In this document: positions 9,775 to 21,174 of the stretch, one piece after another
Layout of the letters: every line of letters starts with the position of its first letter
Position numbering within the stretch: the stretch's first letter is position 1
Source of the DNA: Perna viridis
Lineage: Eukaryota
DNA length: 64,000 bases
NCBI GenBank assembly: GCA_037379345.1
Contig: CM074517.1
Location: forward strand, 15,376,001-15,440,000
Reading direction: 5' to 3'
Notes under the pieces: model-generated
What the model saw: only the letters and a program-made list of their open reading frames with translations
Databases searched by the model: none
Told to the model about the DNA's origin: nothing
Position numbers and translations under genes: made by a program

Positions 9775-12700
9775 ATCATTTCTATATACGTATTTATTAC
9801 CCAGAATCGAGAGAGAATATGGTTATTTACGGGTAATGTGTGTTAAAACATTTTGACTCATTTCTGTCTTTACTTATGGAATCGTTCTTAACTTTCACCA
9901 CACTGCGCACAAAGACGCTTTAGCAGCCTGAAGTCCATGAATGGTTAGATAACGTGGTGCAAATGTGTATTATGTGGTTAGAGTTGTCGCTTCGCAATAA
10001 TGGCTGTATAAGATAGCAGGGGTTATTGTCAAGGCATGTTTAGATATGTATCCTAGAGCCTGAGACTAAAGCGTCGGAACTTCTTGTCCCGGAATCAGAT
10101 AACGCGTGCAATAATAGCACTGAAAACGTATACAATATTTCACAAACGTATCTCAAAATTTAAAATCGAGTAAATTGGTTTTGTCTTCCCATAAGTATTG
10201 TTAACAGTTACAGCACAACTGATACGCATTTTATCACAACCATCTGGGCAATTTGAAGTTAAAATATAAGCTTATTTTTCTATTTCGATACAAAAAAAAT
10301 CTCGTTTGGGGTCCGCAAAATTGCTTAAGTGCCTTAACTAATTTGTTGTCTGTCTAGAGGTTTTTACATCATTATTCAATAACATATTGAAGGAAAATCA
10401 CATTAAATATCACATAATATGCTTGAAAAAAAAATCGAACTCGTAGAAAATTGCCGCTAACAAATGTAATTAAAATTATACAGACAAACATTGATAAAAT
10501 AGTTGTTTTTTTATTTATTTTGTTCAACCATAATTCTCAAAGACTATTGTTTACACAATCTTGAAAATTTGCACAATAGCACGCATCTTGACTTTCCTTG
10601 CTTCTCATCTATTCTCTATTTAATCGGCATCCTTTGCTAATTGTAGTAATATTGACTGGAACCAATTATAATGCTTAGCTATATAATCTGGGAATTGGTT
10701 GACAACGATACTTCTAATAATCCGTCTCAAAAATATACATTTGTAAACGAATGGGAATCAAGTTTGACATTCACTGCGGGATACGTCAAATTCACTGTGG
10801 GATATGTCAATTTCAGGGTGATTATTGTGATTGCTAGGTAATCGATTTCTACATTGTTTTTGATTGAGAGACTGTTTTCAGAATACTCAGCATGACAAAA
10901 CACGTAAAGCTAATTGAAATCATCAACGCAAACCAAATTATATTCACATTTTAAATGAGATTATAGGTGATACGTACTTTAAGTGAAAAATGTAAATATT
11001 ACATTTCACTTTTAATGTTCGAATTATTATTTCATAAAGCTTTTTTTATTAATGGATAGAAATCACAGCATGTTTTTTTATCTTTAGATCGATTCGGTTC
11101 CCTTTGACTGTGAATTGTAACAAATGTTTTCTAATCGACCTTTATGTACTAGTAGGGATTTATGTTAAAATATATATCACTGCATTTTGCAATCAGCGTA
11201 GGAAATTTTGACACCATTAATAATAATGTCAGTTTTAGCCGATTATGATTGAGACATTGAAGATGAAATCAGCGACGAAGGTGTCTCTCTTGCCGCAGGA
11301 TGTTGTAAAATCCATTTATTTGGCCAAAATAATCTGATACGCTAATGGCCCGTGACTTGGCGCGTGGAACTGGCCATTCTGTGGACACTTGTATACCCAA
11401 GAGTGGTCATTAGGCCTTAATATATCCGTAAGGATTTTAATTCCCCATTAAGAAAAATATACATCTGTTCAAAATTTTGAAATATTTATTTCGGTCACAG
11501 ATGAGTTTCTTTGAACGATGGACCGGCATTACGTGAGGCAACTCTATATTCGATTCTTTTTGCATTCTGGCCGTGAACTGTTCCACATTAATTATGTCAT
11601 TTTTCAATTCTTCAAAGGAATCAAAGCTGTTTCACAACAGGAACAAATAAATTTCAAAACTGAACTTGTGATAATCTTTATAATTTCAAAAATACTAAAA
11701 TTGTCTTAGGCTTTATCTGTATTAAACTTTTTTGCAGTGTACAATTGATGTGATATTTTTTTTCAGTCAAATCACTTTACCAGACCCATGTATAAACTGC
11801 AAAACCGTGAAAACCCTTTTTTTTATTCATTTTTAGTATTCTGTTCATGTTACATTTAACATGTTTATCATAACGTTTTTTTTTCAAAGTATACTTAAGT
11901 TGAAATTTCTGAAGTATTTTCGACAAAATGGCATCTTATTGTTTTGCAGTATAGCATTGAATCTGTCCAGTTAATCAGTACGCTTCTAATTATATAACAC
12001 GATATCTGTTTCATGAAAAAAATACCATTTTGATTCGTGATCTCTTTGTTTGACCCGGAACCAATTCTTAACCAAGCAGAACAAAGGTTAGAGGTCAACC
12101 ATCTACACTGGGTGCAATGTCTGATTACACATCTGATACATGCTATTTTAACAATTGTTTTGATTTTTAATTCATTTGTATAAGTAGAAGTTACTTTACC
12201 TTGTCTCTGGTGCAAAATAATGAGTATCAGGCAATCATTGAAATAGCAGATTCAAATTTCACAATAGTCTTAAGACTTCGGTTTCATTTTTTTACTCCAA
12301 TTATCATGAGAAGAAATAGCAGTTATATTTCAAAGGTCATCGACTCTTTTGTTTCTTTTTCTTGTTTTAAGAACAATGTTTTTTTTTGTTGTTAGAGATA
12401 TTTGAATGGTGTGAACATTTTGGTTTGACTGTTAAAGTTTTCCTGTTGAAGAAATGGCATACAGGGTAGGTTTAGAATTGAGAGTAAAAATGCATTAACT
12501 AAATATATTGATTTTTTTTTATTGTATAATTGTTAAGCATTTGTTATATGAATGTGAGACTTTCTTTTGCAAATTTGAGATGTGAAATATCCCAATATTT
12601 TACAATTAGACGAACTTGCTTAAAGTTCAGTTGTGTTTGTTCTCATATGTTCATGACCAGAATAAATGCTGAAACAAAACTGATTTATGACTTTTTCAAT

Positions 12701-12850
12701 CTAACAATATCTATTGTACGTCTATCACCTACGAATAAGAGTTCAGTACTTACTGCTGAAACACAACAAGTATTTTATCCCATGTATATAATCTTGTAAC
12801 TCTTTTCTATTTGGTTTATAATCTAAAAATAAATATTCCGATGATTTGAT
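9775..12850 (+). other. Hox3: Putative long Hox3 3' UTR with alternative poly(A) signals
   Basis: T-rich, apparently TE-free stretch after the stop codon. AATAAA occurs at 11646, 12661 and 12828. The end point is inferred. Confidence 0.45.
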
Positions 12851-14690
12851 TCAATCTGACTATCTTATTTTTTCCTTTACAATATAATTTCAATTGGTCC
12901 AGTTTGTAATATTAAAAATAAATCAATGACATATATTAATAGACGGTATTTAATGCGAAATAAAGTTAAAGCTTGGAAGTTCTTATTTTCAGTCTGACAG
13001 GAAGTCACGTCTTTCGGAGCTTCCCATAAAAAGCTCGGTATTTTTCGTATCTTCGTCATTGAAAAGCGTTTTTTTATAATATGGTATTAAAATCATTTTG
13101 ATTTTTTTTCCGTTTCCTACATGTTATGAGAGTAGGTCTTTCTGGCTTTAGCCAGAAAATTCAAAGTACGAACACTAATTAGCGACAAGATATGTCAAGA
13201 AGCGTCAAGAAGTGAGATGTCTAGAAAAAGCGGCAAGAGGAGGAGGAAGTGACAAGACTATTTATAAATATATCTATATATTCAATTTCGTCCTCTTAAA
13301 TGTTGCACTTGCGTCATTTTACTCGTATATATAAATGCAAAATAAATACAAATATTCAGAAGATGTTTCAGCCACATGACAAATTAATCTTATGTTATCA
13401 TAATACATGTAGTTATTTCTCCTGATTTCCTAGCATATTTAATTTTCTTTAACCCATTTAATGTATTTTTCATTGAACATACGGATTTTTGGTCTATTCG
13501 TTTTCTCCTTTCATTTTTTACGAATACACGTTTTGCACATTTATCTTGTTTAAAGCGTTTTTTTTTATCAGTCGATAAAGAAACAGTACTTACATATTTT
13601 CAGTGAAACTTCTCTAAAATTATTCCTGACACACGAAGTTTGTACTTTTATGAAAAAATCAACTATAGCTCGTGTAACAATGATTCACAGACGTCTTAAA
13701 AAAACTCATAGTTTTGTTTATACATTTTACCGAATTCTTGTCCTAAAATTTGCATTAAAAAGATATCAAAATCTCCATTAAGATTTTATCATAATTTTTT
13801 CAATGATTAACAGCAGGAAATACGTTTCTTCTTCATATTCCACAATTTTAAGAAATATAATCGTTAAATTATTAGAGAGGGTAATATGTACTTTTACCGA
13901 ATGATTTCTTTATCAATGAAAATAATATATTAAGTTGTGTTAAATCCGTCATGTTGTTCAATATCAGTTGTTCTTTTGAAAGGAGGAGATAACCCTCATT
14001 TATTTTGACCCAATGAATTAATGTAAGGCTTTGTTTGTGGTTTTTATCATAATTTTCACTGAACAAAATTAACAGGTTATTTAAAAAAAAAACGTTTTGA
14101 TATGAAACAGCATGGACAATCAAAACCTAAACATTAAACAATTCAATATTTTTCTATGATGTACGAGTATTTTTTTGTGAAAATGAAAGATAAGGTGTTA
14201 ATGTTTTATTACAAGACAGGGGTATATAAAAATACAAAACTTATACTAACAGTCAAAACAGAAAAGAAGACTATATAACATAAGTGTCAATTTCATTTTG
14301 AATTTATTTTCTTGGCCAACTGGAAGATACTGAACTACTTTAGCCATAACGTTATTCATATATCTGAGCAAAATTCAGTGAAAGTTATACGCGTGAAACG
14401 CGCAAAGGATTCAATAATTCATATTTACAGATTAAAAACAACGACCAAGAAAACATAATAAGGTATTCAATGTTTTGGTGCAAAGTAATATGATTTGTGT
14501 GCAAACATGATACTTTTGCGCGAAGGGAACGACCGTGTGTCCATAGTTCAATTTAAAAAATGAAGTCTAATTGACAACTATATATATATGTGTGTGTGTG
14601 TGTAAATGGATACACTGCGAAATTAGACCAATTCTGTATACAATATGTAAAAAGGATCAAACATTCTACTTAAAAAAAACTATCTAAATA

Positions 14691-15145
14691 TAGTATGAGT
14701 CATCAAGGGAACCAAGATTCTAGCAAAAATCAAAAGAACGTAATCCAGGGACAAAGACCAGACATGGAAAACATACAAACACAACAAAGAACCGAATATA
14801 ACCAAAATAATTCATACAAAGTAACAAACGTAAATGACCAACTCGAACTCCATTTAAAACTGGGAGCATGGACCAGGTGTACCGGTAGGGTGAGCCTTCT
14901 TTGCTATTCTAGAAACACCCGCCGATTTGCTTATAAGAAGTGATTTTCAGGGTAGACAAAAGAGGGAAGGAAAACTATGACACGTTGAACATACAAGTTT
15001 TCATGGTACAGATGGATACACCGTAACGATCTACGAGTTCATGATGACGACCATAACACTTATGTAGTGATGACTTCAATCTTTTACTAAATAAGCCTGT
15101 TCCAGAAGCCTAATTGTAAGAAGCCTAGCGCGATGCAAAAAAAAA
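14691..15145 (-). mobile_element. Degenerate inverted copy of the Penelope-like retroelement 3' end
   Basis: Reverse complement of about 30375-30829. For example tgggagcatggaccaggtgtaccggtaggg matches ccctaccggtgcacctggtccatgctccca, and catgatgacgaccataa matches ttatggtcgtcatcatg. Confidence 0.85.
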
Positions 15146-18100
15146 TAAAACACTTTCTAATGTCATATTTTTTTCTCGATATTTTATATATGATATTAGG
15201 CTAAATTGTGTAGTTTTGTACATATATGTAATAGTTATTTGTTCAATTTTCCACCCATAAGTAGCACATCAATATCAAACTACACGGTACTAGTAGTATA
15301 CTACTTTTAGGATTGCTGCTGTCGATTTTGACCGACATTCGTGGCAGATGATAACCAGTTAATAGGAAGATGAAGCGACTACCTTCCATATGGTTCTCTT
15401 CGAACTTTTATCCAGCAAATGCATATTTGAAAAAAGTACATTCCGATGTTTTCCAATTTCATACCGGAAACATTATGTAAAATATTTCAGCGTGACATTC
15501 AAAAGGTTCCACAAACTATTTATTCTCAGTAATTGATATTTTCTGGCTTGATTTCCACTACCGAGAAAAGAAAACATGGACACAACCAGAATATATTGAA
15601 CTCATACTGTTTTATGTTGAAGGGCTTGATTTAATGTTAGAATTATATAATGAAAAGTACTCGTTGGTTTTCTACACTTTCAAAAGACTTTAACATTGCC
15701 TTTGAGGTTTGTTGAGGTAGAAAATGTGATGAAATTGATTTTTACTTTACTGGACATTCAAGGTCGAGAGCATATGCCCGGTTAAAACGAAGGTAAGAAT
15801 GATTTTTCGTTTAATTTTTAGAAGTTATGAACAATTGAGTAGAGCATCCGGTTGAAAAATAACTATTACAGAAGTATGATAACAGTTGTTGAGTTTCAAA
15901 GCTTACTAGCGCCGATAATGGGCAAATCGACAAAACACAAATACATTTAGGAAATTAACTCATTTAAAGAGATCGAAACGGTTCCAAAATGAATAAAACA
16001 GCATAAATGTCCTTCTGTCTGTCCAAATTTTAATTTCACCTAATGGGATATCGATCCAATAGTATATGGTACAAAAGAGTATGGTGTCGTACAACAAGCA
16101 TAAATGTACATTACATAAAAAAATCGTGCGATTACATGCGCAACATTCACACGATATCATATTGTTTGCAACGAAATCGTTTGTTCTTTCTTGCACTTCA
16201 TGTAACTTTTTTCAATCCGTTGTAGGACAATATTTCTGTACTTAAATGTGAGTACCTTTTCAACGCCGCTTCTAAATTAATTTTGACTGTCGACGACAAA
16301 ATGCTAACTACACTCGACGTCACATACAGCACATTTTCGAATTGAAGTTCTACTTTTTAAACCGTCGGGACTTACCACTAGAGTGGTCTCTCTTTTATTA
16401 AATATGAAGATAGTTCGCATATATGCATGAGGTGTTAGTACCAACGAGTCGCTTATTGGCTGAAATCGTGCGTAACACATCCTTACGGGAAAATCCCATA
16501 CTAATATCCGCCATGTTGGTTTCTACGGGACAATCCGGTAACAATCGTCTGCTTGATCAACTTCTCGGTATTGTACGTTGTTCGCGTAAAAAAAATCCGA
16601 GATATCCGAACTAACACCGAAATGCATTCTGGGTTCTTCGGTTTTTTCCACAAACCATTTAAACGTAAACAATATCTCCTAGCAACCCGATCACTGTAAA
16701 CATGGCCGACCTTTGATAGTGTAAATATTGGGACCGAGAATTAAAATCTCACCGACATTTAACGATTCAATGTTTAGGGAGAAGCCGTTTGGCTAAACGA
16801 ATGAGCTAGTCATTTAAGACAATTTAAACGACGGTAGGTGTCAATAAAGTCGTAAAAAATATTTTCATTCAAATTTTAACAGTATCTTATTTATGTGATG
16901 CCGGGTATACAGTGTGTTTTACTACGAGTAAAGAAAACAGACGTTGTCGTTGACACCGACCACGGTGTATGACATCACGGTAGTACCAGGTTAAGAGTGG
17001 GTTCTTGATGAACAGTTGACTACCAAATGCCTTCGGAATTGAATTTCCGGACATTTATTCTTAATTAAGAAGCTTTAATTTTTCGATTGTAGAAATACGC
17101 TATATTAAGGTAACGGTGAAAACTCTAAAATGTCACAAAAGTTGAATAATTCAGGTGACTTTAGAATAAAATCAAAGACTGAAGTCTTCAAAGTCGTCAA
17201 TCGTCAAATAATTCAATACCACTGATTTTGGCTTGCTTTCATCCGAAACGGCACGAATATGATATGCTCTAAAATCGGATGACTTCTGCTAGAATCTTGA
17301 CCGTGATGAACCGAATGTTTTTCAATCAAAACAACTGGTTACCAGGAAGTGCGGGTAATGTTTTCGTTCCACAAGTTTCTCTCAAATTTTTAGCGACCGA
17401 TCATTTCATCTTTTAATGTAAACTTCCCGTTCTCATACAAGCAGAAAATTCACGTAGAACACATGTGTATGCTATTGAAGAAGAGCATTTTGATCTCGTA
17501 TGAAGCTAGAACTATGAAGCTGTGACGGTAAACACGGCATCGACCAACAGCATAATGTGGAGTAGTAATATATAATTATGCAAATCATGTGCGAATGTAA
17601 AGTACTGAAGTTACGAGTGCAAGAAGTCGCTAACAATACTGGCGACTTAAAAAGCATAAAATTCTATTCCTTACACCCAGCCTTTAGGTTTAGACCGATT
17701 TTCATGTTGTTGGTCTCTGACGTTGTCTTTGTCATTGATTTTTGAACAGTTACCTACTCTCTTATTGCTGTAAATGTTTGTCATATATGTGTGCTTCCAA
17801 TGATTAACTTAGTCTAAATTGACCTGCTTCGGTCCACAAATGATCATGAAATACGATATACAAGATGCCAAAACTTTCTTTTCAATTTGAATTGCTTTAT
17901 ATTCGACAATGCATTGAGTCTTGTTTTTTTATCAGCCTTACTCCATTTTTTTAGGGACAGAAAAAAAACCTAATTTTATTTGAATAAAATGTATTTATCT
18001 GTGTGTGCAAGTACTATTCGAGCAAAATTTTCCTAATTTTGGGTGTTACCACGTTTACTCTGACAAAGTACTATCACATTTCCATTTTTGAGTTTTATGG

Positions 18101-19656
18101 TGTATTACTGAGGATTACAATGACCTTTACGCCACAGTTTTGACCTATATCATATTCATTTAAAATATTTTGACATATAAAAATAAGTAAAAGTACACAG
18201 TATCACCATTGACATCAAGAGTTAAAAAGTATATCGAATTTCAGTTGATGGAAATACTATATTTTTATCTAAATGAATAAGCAAATTTTACTGATATGAA
18301 TATATGATTGCAGAGAGCGTAATTGAAGTTCCGCAATAGTACTAAGGGGTTCATCTACGTAAATTCTTCGTCACGCTGGGACAGGAAAGATAACAAGTTA
18401 CAGATCGTCAAAAATTCAAATTGGGTAGAGTTCTTCAACGGAAATCATTTGGAATATCCAGCTATCTTAGTTATATCTGAAAAATTATAAATCTTTATAA
18501 ACTAAAAAGACTAGCTGCTGTCAAACTTTCAGACAGTCTATTAAAACAGCGATTTTATCACGAAATGGATCGGGTGTCATTAAAAGCCAAAGAAATTTGA
18601 TTGACAGGCCGGGTAAAAATGTACATTATTCACGCTGCTTCATTCAAAGTATCAGTAGAAAAAAACTTAGCAACCTGTAGAAAATTGATGTATAATATTT
18701 CGTATTCAGCATAATATTTTCGAATTATAAAATTTGATTGGCATCAATTCAACGAAAGGCGCCAAATTCAACAGGTCGTCTGATGTAAACATAAAATTTC
18801 TGCAGATAGCGAGTCACAATTCTTTCCCTTTTCAACACGTCTTCTTTCACACAGCAAAATACACAATGTATCGTTTGCAACCTTTTTTCAAATATATTAT
18901 CACTATTTGTTTCCAAACGTTTACAACCGTTCATGTAACATTATCCTCTGTAGCTGTCAGTGAAATGTTGTCCGTGAGCTAACACATCCCAACTGTTTAT
19001 TGTCGGGGACAGAAAACCACTGTTTTTATTGTCAACCATTGAGTTGTCCCGTCACATGGACACACTCACGGTGTTAACGTCTTGGCGACACAATTGCTGT
19101 AAAAGTCAATCAGTTTCAGGTTAGTCAAACTAGTACCGTTAATTAAGTAAAATATAAATTTTAAAAAAAATATGCGCGAGCAAACGGCCCAAACACATAA
19201 TAGACCAAAAAAAAGCCTTCATAAGAGATCGAGACAAAATCAAATTTAGCACTGAACCAAGGTGATAAGTTTTTATCAGAACCCCAGATCATACTGACAC
19301 AACTGTCGTAAATAAGTGCGTCTTCATGACAGCAGAGATATAAGGATTTCATGTTTGATTTAAGCCGTTTTCCATCATTTTAATGGCTAGATTCGTTACC
19401 ATAGTAACACGTCCCATAAAACAAAAGAACCTTATTTGGTTGAACACCTGCATGTGAAATGAGTGGACTAACGGCGGCCCATGTAACTTTTATCAGATGC
19501 TTACAGAATCCTTTTTAATCATCACTTTTCAGTAAATGTAATCATTTGTTTTTACTATAGTAAAATCTATACATAATTGTTTTAATTATACTTAAGCTAA
19601 TAAATAAATTTGCTGTAGTTGAGGTTCTGTTGTATAACTGATCAACGATGTTAAAG

Positions 19657-19866
19657 AAAAAACGTTGGAACTGGGTGTGGCATGGAAGAATAGGGCCAAC
19701 AGCAGCACTAAAAATTGTTATGAGATGGGCACCAGCAGGAAAAAGAAACAGAGGTCGACCTACAAAATCTCGACGGCAGTCTGTAGAAGAAGAAATTAAA
19801 ATGTGCGGTCGAACATTAGGTTAGATTCATAATTAGGCAGCCGACACAAAGAGATGGCGACTCTGA
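19657..19866 (+). mobile_element. RTE-clade LINE ORF C-terminal remnant
   Basis: Translates KKRWNWVWH...KIVMRWAPAGKRNRGRPTKSRRQSVEEEIKMCGRTLG*IHN*AADTKRWR. This fits the RTE signature RWxWxGH...WxPxGKRxRGRP...W...A.DR..WR, interrupted by stops. Confidence 0.75.
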
Positions 19867-21018
19867 ATGAAGACATTACAATATTTACTTCCCCAGTACG
19901 CAGATGATTAGGTATTTTAAGTGGGTATAGATATAGCAAAGCCCATTTCCTCTGAAAATGAAAATGGCATGAGGCTTCAGGAGCGGATTTAAAGAATTTG
20001 GAATGGGGACACTCAACGCTATTATTAGTCCAATTTTGCCAAACTTTGGCACAAAAGATGGGACCACTATGGGATCCGTCTCTGAGCTCTTGATGCTAAC
20101 AAGTTGATACATGTCGTAATAATCATTATTTGACATAAGATCCAATTATTATTGTCAGTCTATGCTTTCTCTTATTTTTGTTTTTTTTTATCTGATAAGA
20201 AGCAGTATGATAATCTGTAAAATATTTTAATAAATCGACCATTAAAGTGCTTGACAAACTGATGGAATTAGCCGTTTTACATCCAGTTAGTATTTTTTTT
20301 AAATATTTGTAAGCAGCTGTGCAATGAAATTTGATAAATCGTTTCATAAATTATTCGCAATGAAACTTTTTTTATTATTGTTATTATTATATTAAACATC
20401 GAACCACAGATAAACAGAAAAATGTGTAATGTACTTTTGCAAAAACAAATAAAACATCTAAAAAATATTATATGGGCACAGGCTGTAATCTATTATTTAT
20501 TTGACATCAAATATCATTCAGTGAAAAATAAAACCTGCTGTCGTACGACATCAAAGGTATAATGTACCAACACGAGATACAAAAAAGGACTAAAATCAAT
20601 TCATTAAGGTATTAAGTTGAATTAAGATTTAAAAGTTAGAGTTATCTTTCTTTTTCCGGTTTAAAATGTAATTAACACTAATTAGTTGGTCAAACAAGCG
20701 ATGAATATTTCGAATTGACGATGTTTTAAGTGAAATGTCTACTGACAAGCTCAAGGTCTTGGTAGGTAAAATCATGTATAAACACACACACATATGTAAC
20801 AAATGCAAAATTCAACTTTCCCTCAAGATATCCAGATTTTTACAAGGGTCTGAATTTTTCGATGAATTTATGAAGTTATGCTACCGGTATGGAATTTTTT
20901 GCATGTTAGTGATTTGTGAGTTATTGAAAGTGGCATGTACATGGAATGTTTTTTTATATAAATCAAAATACAATGTTTCTTTGATGTTATTATTCTTTCA
21001 ATATCTAAAATAAACCAT

Positions 21019-21174
21019 ACAGAAATATTCAACCCATTTGCTTATGCTGAAATCACTGAATTGAATCCCAGATGTGTGTGCCATTTTTATAATCTCCATT
21101 GCCTTCACTTGAATGGTTACTCTCTGAACCTCAGCGCTCTTAAGTTCAAAAGATTCAAACACTTGTTTGTACAC
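21019..21174 (-). mobile_element. pogo/Tigger-type transposase HTH (CENP-B/Tc5-like) remnant
   Basis: The minus strand reads VYKQVFESFELKSAEVQRVTIQVKAMEIIKMAHTSGIQFSDFSISKWVEYFC, resembling the IQxKAxEIA...FxASxGW..F motif. Confidence 0.45.
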
